NCBI RefSeq assembly: GCF_001598795.1
Contig: NZ_BCZP01000001.1
Coordinates: 1-32,000 of the forward strand
DNA from: Delftia acidovorans NBRC 14950
GTDB taxonomy: Bacteria > Pseudomonadota > Gammaproteobacteria > Burkholderiales > Burkholderiaceae_C
Length of the DNA stretch: 32,000 bases
Direction of reading: 5' to 3'
Made by a program: the position numbers and the translations under genes. This document shows, piece after piece, positions 1 to 8,000 of the stretch (within the stretch, counting starts at the first letter, position 1; the number at the start of each line of letters is the position of its first letter). The notes beneath the pieces were generated by a model. That model did not search any database. It saw nothing but the letters and a program-made list of their open reading frames with translations, and was not told the DNA's origin.

Positions 1-470
1 TGGCAGCGCAGATATGCGAGACGCCTGCGACGGTGACGATTCCTGCGGGGCAAAGCTATGCGTACATCAGCGTGAGCGGCTTGGATGCTGGCTCAACCCA
101 GATCGAAGCTTCTGCTGCAGGCATGGATCCCGTCTATCTCAACGCGGAAACCGTGGCGCCGACGCTGCGCCTTCAGTCCGCTCCTGCCTCTTTGGCAGAG
201 GGGCAGAGGGCGGCCTATATCTCTGTCTCTGCTGAAGTCCCCGGGGCCTACTGGTCAACGAACCAATACCCGTCAGCTCCCCTGACCATCACCTTCACCA
301 GCTCCGTCCCCTCCGTAGGCACGATCACCGACAGCGTCACCTGGAATGCCAACTCGGGCAACTCGGGCTACGCCACCTTCACTGCGGTCGCTCCCGGAAC
401 CACCCAGATCACGGCCAGCTCCCCCGGCTTCACGCCGGCGACCAGCGGCCCGATCACGGTGAACCCATAA
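1..470 (+). CDS. C-terminal part of a secreted Ig-like (Big-type) repeat protein; 5' end lies outside the window
   Basis: Frame 3 is open from the window edge (nt 3) to TAA 468-470. The translation shows two repeats of bacterial Ig-like character (TIPAGQSYAYISVSGLDAGSTQIEASAAG; LAEGQRAAYISVSAEV...ATFTAVAPGTTQITASSPG). The same repeat style recurs in the CDS at 14004-16151. The stop is only 7 nt before the next start. Confidence 0.6.
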   Translation, partial: AAQICETPATVTIPAGQSYAYISVSGLDAGSTQIEASAAGMDPVYLNAETVAPTLRLQSAPASLAEGQRAAYISVSAEVPGAYWSTNQYPSAPLTITFTSSVPSVGTITDSVTWNANSGNSGYATFTAVAPGTTQITASSPGFTPATSGPITVNP

Positions 471-477
471 GAAAGAG

Positions 478-3400
478 ATGAGCATGCAACGCTCCCCATT
501 TTTCCAGTGCGCACGCTTTACGCTTTCCGTGGCCGCATGGCACAAACCGCTGTCGGCGCTTCGGCGTCGTTCCGTTGCGGCCCTGGCCATCGCATTGGGC
601 ATGAGCACGGCCATTGCCGCCGACACGGCGCAACTGACCATTGCCGATGGCGTGATCGTCAAGTTCGGCCAGGGCGCAGGCATCAGCGTGCGCAGCGGCC
701 TGCATACGGGATCTTCCGTGGTGCTGACCAGCAGCCACGATGACTCGCAGCTGGGTCCGGTGCAGGCGCAGGGGCCACAGTCCCGGGCGCCGCAGGCCGG
801 CGACTGGCTGGGTGTGCTGGTGGCGCCTGAAGCCGCTCCCGCCAGCCTGAAGCTGGACGGCCTGGCCGTTCGCTATGCCGGAGGCACGGACGGCTTGTCC
901 GGCCACATGGCAGGTGGTGCCGCTCTGGTACTGGCGGGTGCAGGCTACGGCTTCGAACGGCTGCAGTTCACGGACAACGCCGTGGGAATCCGGGTGGTCG
1001 GCAGCGGCAGTCCCCGCATCATGCGTTCGCGCATCGCTGGCAACGGCGTGGGATTGCTGGCAGAGCAGGGCGCCACGCCGGCCGTTGGTGAATCAGATAT
1101 CTCGGGCAACAGCCAGTTCGGCATACGCAACACCAGCCCGGCCAGCATCGTCCAGGCCCAGGGCAACTGGTGGGGCCACGCCAGTGGTCCGCGAGATGCC
1201 GTGGGCAATCCGGCAGGGCAGGGCAATGCGGTCAGCACGGGCGTGGACTATGGCTCCTACCTGACGGCCGAGCCCGTACTGGCCTGCACCATCGTTCCCA
1301 CGCAAGGCTATGCCACGCGCGTGCGTGCCGTGGAGCTGCGCCTTGACTGCCCGCAGGCCGCGCAGTTCCGCCTGCAGGAAAGCGATCAGTTCGACAGTGC
1401 TGCATGGCAGAGCATGACGGGCCACCCCATGCTGGCAAGCTACACGCTATCCCTGGGGGCGGGGGACAAGATGATCCATGTGCAGTTCCGCACGGCACAG
1501 GGTGGCATCAACCAGTTCTCGCTGCCACAACCCATTGCCTACGCACCTGAAGGTCCTTTGGTGCAGTTCGCCCAGCCAGCCGCTGGTGCCGTGCTGGAGC
1601 AGGACACGACCATCGCCATCAACGTGACCGACCCTGAAGGCGTGCAGCAGGTGGAGATCCTGGTGGATGGTCAGCGCCTGGCCCTGCTGACCGAAGCACC
1701 TTTCCAGACCACCTGGGCGCTGGCTGCCGTGCGCAACGGCAACTACACCCTGCAGGCCAGGGCCACCAATGGCATAGGCCTGAGCAACACGGCAACGCGC
1801 CCCGTGCAGGTGCAGAAAAAGGGTGGTCAAGGTCCGGTCATCACCGCCACTTTGGCAGGCGCGGCGCTTGTGCCCGATGCGACCATTTCCGCCGCAGGCG
1901 AATTGGCCGTGTCCGCGCAAAGCCCCATCGGCATTGCCAACGTCAAGGCCACCATCAACGGCCTGCAGATCTTCGAGCGCAGCGGTGGCAACACCAGCCC
2001 TTTCAACCACAGCCAGTTCATCGACTTTGCACAACTACCCAATGGCGCGCATCGGTTCAGCATCACCGCCACCGACTCGGACGGCATTGCGGCCGTGCTG
2101 GACATACCGTTCACGCTCAGTCTCAGCGCACCACCTGCCCCGGTCATTGCGCAGCCCGTCAACAACGCACAGGTGTCCACGCCGCAACTGGCCGTCTCCG
2201 GCACGGCCATGGCGGGCTCGCAGGTGCAGCTGTATCTGGGCGGCCAGGCCGTGGGCAGCCCGATGGCCGTGCCAGCCAATGGCAGCTTCTCCGGCAGCCT
2301 GACCCTGCCAGCCGAAGGCGCGCACCGCATCGAAGCGACGGCCAGCAATGCGCGCGGCACCAGCCCCAGGAGCGCGGCGGTTGCCGTGACCTATGCCATC
2401 GCGGCTCCGACGGTGAACTTCACCATGCCGGGCCAGGATGCCACCGTGGTCGGCAGCACGGCCGTAGGTGTCGCCGCCTCGGCACCGGACGGTATTGCCA
2501 AGGTCGATTTCTTCGCCAATGGCAGCCTGATCGGCTCAGCCACGCAGGCTCCGTTCAGCTTGCAATGGGACACGTCGGGCGTGGCCAACGGTGCCCTCAC
2601 GCTCAGGGCCGTGGCCACCAGCAAGGCAGGCAAGACTGGTGAAGCCACGCGCGCCGTCACCGTCAACAACAAGCCGCCCGAGCCTGAGCAGCCCAAGACG
2701 CCCTACACGGGCACGGTCAGCTCCGTCAGCCCGGCGGTCTCGTACGGCGCGCAACGCGTCGTCATAGCCGGTGCCGCCGTGTCACGCGCCAGCGGGCAGC
2801 CCATGCCCAACGCAGCATTGCGCATGGTGCTGGACATCTCGGGCTTCAAGCGGCGCATAGGCATCGCCACCGACGACAGCGGCCAGTACCGCTACGAATT
2901 CGTGCCCACGGCCAATGACAACGGCACCTACATCGTCTCCGTCATCCACCCGGAAGAAACCCTCACCACAGAGCAGGGGCGCTTCACCATCAACCGGCTG
3001 AGCTTCGACCTGGCCAGCTACCAGCTCACCGCGCCGCGCGGCTTTGCCGCCAGCATCACGGTCAACGCGCGTGCCAGCGCGGGCACGGGCGCCACCGGCG
3101 TGCGCTGGGCCGTGGTTCCGGCACAGCAACCCAGCGGCAGCCTGCCGCCGGGCATCAGCGTGGAGCCGGGGGCGCCGGTCAATGTGGCCGCAGGCGCCTC
3201 GGTGCCCATGGTCATCCGCTTCACGGGCAGTGCATCGGCCGGGGAGACGGGCACCGTCGTGCTCACGGCCTACGCCAGCGAGACAGGGGACACGCCCCGG
3301 GGCAGCTTCACCATCCACTACCGGCTGGTGCAGGCCTTGCCCGAGCTGTTTGCCAACCCCACCTACATAGAAACCGGGGTACAGCAGGAAAAGACGGTCA

Positions 3401-4983
3401 CCGAGAGCATCACCATCGGCAACCGTGGCCTGGTGGCCGCCCAGGACGTGAAGGTCCAACTGGTGGACAAGGATGGCAAGGCCGCGCCTTCCTGGATCTT
3501 CCTGTCCAGCGCCAGCCACATCGGCGCCGTGGACGTGGGCGCCCAGGTGCCCATCCAGGTCACGGCCAGCCCGGGCAAGGACGTGGCCGACGGCATCTAC
3601 AACTACCGACTGCAGATCACGGCCAGCAACCAGGGCACGGGCACCATACCCGTCTCGGTGGCCGTCACGCAAAGCGGGCAGGGCGGGCTGAGCTTCCATG
3701 CCACCGACCTGTTCACGGAAACGCTGGACGCGGGCGGCAAGCCCATACCGGGCGTGGCCAACGTGCGCATACGCCTGCAAAACGATGCCGTGCTCACCTA
3801 TATGCGTACCCTCACCACGGACGCGCAGGGCAAGGCCGTGCTCACCGACCTGCCGCCCGGCACCTACACCTACCGCGCCAGCGGCCCGCGCCATGCCGAC
3901 AGGTCGGGCCGCATCTTCGTGCGCCCGGGCGTCACCACCTCGGAGCGCGTGCACCTGCAGTACCAGACCATCAGCATCGACTTCAGCGTGACGGAAACCA
4001 CCATCAAGGACGAGTACCAGATCACCCTGGAAGCCACCTTCCAGACCCAGGTACCGGCCCCCGTGGTGCTGCTGGAGCCCCTGTCCATCAGCCTGCCCGA
4101 GCTGCAGGTGGGCGAGGAATTCACGGGCGAGCTGACGCTGACCAACTACGGCCTGATCCAGGCCGACAAGGTCGTCTTCACGCCGCCGCAGTCCGACGAG
4201 TACTACCGCTACGAATTCCTGGCGGACATCCCCAAGACCCTGGCCGCCAAGCAGCGCGTGGTCATTCCCTACCGCATCACGGCCGTCAAGCTGCACCCGC
4301 GCAGCATGGGCTTCAGGCAGGCACGTTCGGCGGAGATGGGTGCCGTGCAGAGCATCGTGGTGAATGCGCGCAATGCGGGCAGCTGCGCTGCCTATGCCAT
4401 GTGGGCCATGGTGGAGTTGGCGTGGATCTGTGCGAATGGAGAAGAGGAATCGCGCTCGCTCTCGGCCACGTTCAACCGGCTCGTTGGTGGCGCGTGCGGG
4501 AACACCGGCATCGGAGGGATTGGCGGGACCGGAGGCCACGGCGTGGGCGGTGGCATTGGTGGCTGGGGCAGTGGCGGTACTGGTGGTGGCGGAACACCCA
4601 TCGGCTTGACGCAGGGCTGCACGCCCTGGTGCCTTGGGGGTGGCTGTAGCTCTGAAGGCGGTGGCCCTGGAGGAGGGCGGGGTGGCAGTGGAGGCAGTTC
4701 AGGTGCTGGCGGCCAAGGCGGTGGGATGGGCGGCGGCCCCTTGCTGGGTGGCCATGGCGGCGGATTCGGCGGTGGCAGTGGCTCGGGCGGCAGTGGATCG
4801 AGTGGCAGCGGTGGCGGCGCGGGGGGCGGTGGGGCCGGTGGTAACGGGCCTGGTGGCGAAGGTCCTGGCGGCGCCGGGCCAGGAGGAGACGGGCCAGGAG
4901 GAGACGGGCCAGGAGGAGATGGACCCAATGCGCCGGGAGACGACGGACCCGGGGCGGACGGCCCTCCCTCGTGTGGGAGTTGA
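478..4983 (+). CDS. 1501-aa exported multidomain protein (beta-helix, Ig-like, transthyretin/CarboxypepD_reg-like and beta-sandwich modules, Gly-rich C-terminal tail); function unknown
   Basis: ATG 478 with purine-rich AAGAAAGAG just upstream; TGA at 4981-4983. The N-terminus has a long basic n-region, a hydrophobic core and AIA|ADT (Sec-type signal). By eye: a right-handed beta-helix/NosD-like segment ending in GNWWGHASGP, and four Ig-like modules (e.g. VQQVEILVDGQRLALLTEAPFQTTW...GNYTLQARATN; IAKVDFFANGSLIGSATQAPFSLQWDTSGVANGALTLRAVATS). Two CarboxypepD_reg-like modules are also visible (TDDSGQYRYEFVP; TTDAQGKAVLTDLPPGTYTYRASGPRH). The Gly-rich tail runs from about aa 1337. Confidence 0.85.
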   Translation: MSMQRSPFFQCARFTLSVAAWHKPLSALRRRSVAALAIALGMSTAIAADTAQLTIADGVIVKFGQGAGISVRSGLHTGSSVVLTSSHDDSQLGPVQAQGPQSRAPQAGDWLGVLVAPEAAPASLKLDGLAVRYAGGTDGLSGHMAGGAALVLAGAGYGFERLQFTDNAVGIRVVGSGSPRIMRSRIAGNGVGLLAEQGATPAVGESDISGNSQFGIRNTSPASIVQAQGNWWGHASGPRDAVGNPAGQGNAVSTGVDYGSYLTAEPVLACTIVPTQGYATRVRAVELRLDCPQAAQFRLQESDQFDSAAWQSMTGHPMLASYTLSLGAGDKMIHVQFRTAQGGINQFSLPQPIAYAPEGPLVQFAQPAAGAVLEQDTTIAINVTDPEGVQQVEILVDGQRLALLTEAPFQTTWALAAVRNGNYTLQARATNGIGLSNTATRPVQVQKKGGQGPVITATLAGAALVPDATISAAGELAVSAQSPIGIANVKATINGLQIFERSGGNTSPFNHSQFIDFAQLPNGAHRFSITATDSDGIAAVLDIPFTLSLSAPPAPVIAQPVNNAQVSTPQLAVSGTAMAGSQVQLYLGGQAVGSPMAVPANGSFSGSLTLPAEGAHRIEATASNARGTSPRSAAVAVTYAIAAPTVNFTMPGQDATVVGSTAVGVAASAPDGIAKVDFFANGSLIGSATQAPFSLQWDTSGVANGALTLRAVATSKAGKTGEATRAVTVNNKPPEPEQPKTPYTGTVSSVSPAVSYGAQRVVIAGAAVSRASGQPMPNAALRMVLDISGFKRRIGIATDDSGQYRYEFVPTANDNGTYIVSVIHPEETLTTEQGRFTINRLSFDLASYQLTAPRGFAASITVNARASAGTGATGVRWAVVPAQQPSGSLPPGISVEPGAPVNVAAGASVPMVIRFTGSASAGETGTVVLTAYASETGDTPRGSFTIHYRLVQALPELFANPTYIETGVQQEKTVTESITIGNRGLVAAQDVKVQLVDKDGKAAPSWIFLSSASHIGAVDVGAQVPIQVTASPGKDVADGIYNYRLQITASNQGTGTIPVSVAVTQSGQGGLSFHATDLFTETLDAGGKPIPGVANVRIRLQNDAVLTYMRTLTTDAQGKAVLTDLPPGTYTYRASGPRHADRSGRIFVRPGVTTSERVHLQYQTISIDFSVTETTIKDEYQITLEATFQTQVPAPVVLLEPLSISLPELQVGEEFTGELTLTNYGLIQADKVVFTPPQSDEYYRYEFLADIPKTLAAKQRVVIPYRITAVKLHPRSMGFRQARSAEMGAVQSIVVNARNAGSCAAYAMWAMVELAWICANGEEESRSLSATFNRLVGGACGNTGIGGIGGTGGHGVGGGIGGWGSGGTGGGGTPIGLTQGCTPWCLGGGCSSEGGGPGGGRGGSGGSSGAGGQGGGMGGGPLLGGHGGGFGGGSGSGGSGSSGSGGGAGGGGAGGNGPGGEGPGGAGPGGDGPGGDGPGGDGPNAPGDDGPGADGPPSCGS
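4876..4920 (+). repeat. 15-bp tandem repeat x3 (GGGCCAGGAGGAGAC/T) encoding GPGGD pentapeptides inside the Gly-rich tail
   Basis: Units at 4876-4890, 4891-4905 and 4906-4920 read directly from the sequence; the first two are identical and the third differs only at its last base. They are flanked by related GPGGE/GPGGA units. Confidence 0.9.
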
Positions 4984-4987
4984 GATA

Positions 4988-5013
4988 GGCCGGCCTGTCA
5001 TCCGGCAGGCCGG
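4988..5013 (+). other. GC-rich hairpin in the 109-nt spacer between the giant exoprotein gene and rhs; no T-run
   Basis: CCGGCCTG (4990-4997) pairs perfectly with CAGGCCGG (5006-5013) around an 8-nt loop. No U-tract follows, so it is not a canonical intrinsic terminator. Confidence 0.4.
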
Positions 5014-5092
5014 TCCAAGGGCGCAGCCATCAAGACGCTGCGCAGGGGATTGGAGAGGGGACCCATCAGCGGTCCAAAGGGAAGCGCAAAAA

Positions 5093-8000
5093 ATGACTAA
5101 GGCACTGAAACATTTGATTGATCTGGCCCAATATCCAGACAAGCGCGCCGCAGCGCGGCGGGCCTTGTCCTGGACTTTCGGGCGAATCTTTGCCTGGGCG
5201 TTGGCCCTGCTGAGCCTGGCAGTCCTGCAGGCACAGGCAAGCGAGTATCCGTACATCAAGTGGCCCAACGGTGAATACCGGGAGGTCAACACCGATCTGC
5301 AGGTCAAGGTACTGGGCGGAAGCATCGACATTGCCCGCACCTGGACGCTCGGGCGCTGGTGGCTCAACCCCGCATGGGCGCCGCTGGACTTCGAGCTGGA
5401 TCCCCTGGGCAGGGAGGCCAAGACCATCCAGCGCGCAGGCACGCTGTATGAAAGAAGCGGCCAGTCGGGCCTGTTCATCGCCAAGGACCGAGTGGATGCG
5501 CCCACCTTCATCCGGCAGGTCAGCCGCAATGGCCAGGATGGCTGGCAGTGGTATGACCGCCGTGGCAACACCATCGACTATGACGCGCAGGGGCGCATTC
5601 AGGGCTATGCGGATTTCAACGGCATCCAGGTCCGGTTCAGCTACGACAGCACGTCCAGCATCCGCATCCTTGACCACCATGGGCAGGTCGCTTTCAAGCT
5701 CACCTTGGCCGATGGCCTTGTCACCAGCATCGAAGACCGTGCAGGCAGTACCGTTCGCTATACCTGGGCGGGATCGGGGAGCGCCAGGCGCCTGACCGAA
5801 GTCCTGGATGCGAGGGGCAACCGCTGGACATACACCTATGACGGCAACGGCCAACTCACCAGCCGCACGGACCCGCTGGGGGGCAAGGTCACGGCCCAGT
5901 ACAGCGCCAGTGCGCCAGCACCCGCTGCCCAGTTCACGCTGGGCAACCTGGGCATCACCCTGGATCCCACGGGAACCAGTGGCACCACGCAGAAACTGCA
6001 GACCAACTGGGGAGGCGGGCGTGTCGGCAGTTTCAGTGACCGCCGGGGCACCACAACGGGTTCGGTGCAGTACCTCAGGGAATCACGAAAATTCATTGCC
6101 ACGCTGACGGATCCACGCGGCAATCGTCTGGTTGTTCACTATGACAAGGACGGCCTGGAGTCGAGCCGCAGCCTCAACGACAAACCCATTCGGCAAAGAA
6201 GCTGGGATGGCAACTACACGGACAGGCTGGTGGACGAGCGCGGCAACACCCGCACCACCTATTGGGACTACAACCGGCGCCCGCTGAGGATTCGCCACCC
6301 TGATGGCAGCGAGGAAAGCTACACCTACGATCCCGTGCATGGCGAAACCACCAGCCATACCAATGAACTGGGTACCGTCACCGCCTGGCGGCATGACAGC
6401 AAGGGGCGGGCGGTACAGCGTATCGAAGCCCAGGGTACTCCGCTGGAGCGCATCACGGCATGGGAGTACGACGAGCTGGGGCAAATCGTCCGGCAAACCC
6501 TGGGCACAGGCGCCCAGGCCAGCGTCACCACTTATGCCTATGACGGCAACGGCAATCGCAAAACGGCCACGGATGCCGAAGGTGGCGTGTGGAGTTACAC
6601 GCATACCGTCACCGGGCAAATGGCCAGCATCACCAACCCGCTGGGCCACACCACACGCCATGAATACGACAGCCACGGCAACCGCATCAAGACCATCTAT
6701 CCCTCGGGCCTGACATCCTCGGCGCGCTTCGATGCGCTTGGCAACGAAACCCAGAGCATGGATGGCGAGGGCCATGCCACCGTCGCTACCTATGACAGCC
6801 AAAGCCGCCTGGTCACGGCCACCAACGCGCTGGGCTACATCTACCGCTATGAGTACAACGCCTATGGCGACATCGTTTCGCAGAACACGCCCACCGGCAA
6901 CCGCCATGAACTGGGCTATGACAGCCTGGGCCGCGTCGCCAGCTACAAGAACCCGGCAGGCGACAACTCCCAATATGAATACGGAGCGCTGGGCACCCCC
7001 CAGGCCAACCTGCTGCAAGCCATCAATTACCCAGGCGGCCTTGCCGAGCTGGGCCAGTATGACCAGCGGGGGCGTCGCACCTCCATCATCCGCAAGGCAC
7101 GTAATGGCGAAAGCCTGACCCTGCACTACAGCCTTGACAGTGCAGGACAGACCGCCGCCATCACCAGCCCGGGCGGCAAGACCACCATCTACGAATACGA
7201 CGCACTGGGCCGCGTCTCCAAGTCCATCGACGCGAACGGCCAGGCCACCCAGATGGCCTACAACCTGTTGCACCAGATCACCCGCGTCACCGATGCCAAC
7301 GGCAACGTGCACACCAGGCAATACGACCGGCTGGGCCGACTGACCGAGGAAACGCGCCCGGAAGGTGGCAAAACCACCTATGCATACGATGCCGCAGGTT
7401 TTCTGATCAAGAAAACCAACGCGGCAGGAGATGTCAGCAGCTACACCTACAACAGCGATGGCCTGTTGACTCTGCTCACCCGCACCAGCGCGCAGGCCGG
7501 GCAACCGGGCTTGAGCAGCAGCATCACCTACCGTTATGACAAGGCTGGCCGCCTTGCCGGCTACGAACAAAAGGATGGCAGCGGCCAACTCATCAGCCAG
7601 GCCGACTACAGTCGTGACGCCCTGGGGCGCATCAGCCAGGAGCAACTGATCTACGGTGACGGCGCCAACCGCGTCATCGCCACTCTGGCCCAGGGCTGGG
7701 ATGCCGATGGCCGCAAAACCAGCCAGGGCTACCCTGACAGCAGTGCCGCCGTCTTCAGCTACGACAAGGGCTATCTCAAGGAGGCCGCCCAACCCGGCAG
7801 CACCGACAAGATCACATGGACCGACTACCAGTGGGTGCTGCCCACCAAGGTCCAGTACCCGGGCGCCAGCAGGAGCATTGCCTACGACGGTTTCTACAGA
7901 ATCCAGGGCATCCAAGTCCAGGGAGCCTCCAACGCCAACCTCCTGACGCTGGGCTACCAATACGACGCTGACAGCAGCGTCACACGCAAGACGCTGCAAC

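Noticed and set aside
2782-4539. 585-aa minus-strand ORF antisense to the giant exoprotein gene. Similar cases: 6083-8581 (832 aa, antisense to rhs), 1447-2034 and 1827-2360.
   Set aside because: These are typical high-GC antisense open frames. They have Arg/Gly/Ala/His-rich composition and no family motifs, while the sense frames have clear domain and repeat structure.
4392-4928. 178-aa proline-rich ORF on the minus strand (PPGPSPPGP...).
   Set aside because: It is the reverse-complement shadow of the Gly-rich tail (GGN read as NCC). There is no independent start context.
4634-5092. The ORF track opens the rhs frame at 4634, 459 nt upstream of ATG 5093. This overlaps the end of the giant gene by 350 nt, raising the idea of a longer Rhs or a programmed frameshift fusing the two proteins.
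   Set aside because: The extra 153 codons are an out-of-frame reading of the GGN-rich Gly tail, giving Ala/Val/Glu-rich low-complexity sequence that is naturally stop-free. A well-formed signal peptide and an AAGGGA ribosome-binding candidate follow and precede ATG 5093. No slippery heptamer was noticed. A fusion cannot be fully excluded without proteomics.
5093-5250. A possible prePAAR/TM-type T6SS effector N-terminus in Rhs (KRAAARRALSW resembles the AARxxDxxxH motif).
   Set aside because: The Asp and His of the motif are absent. There is only one hydrophobic segment, followed by an AxA cleavage site, and no PAAR domain follows. A Sec signal peptide is the simpler reading.
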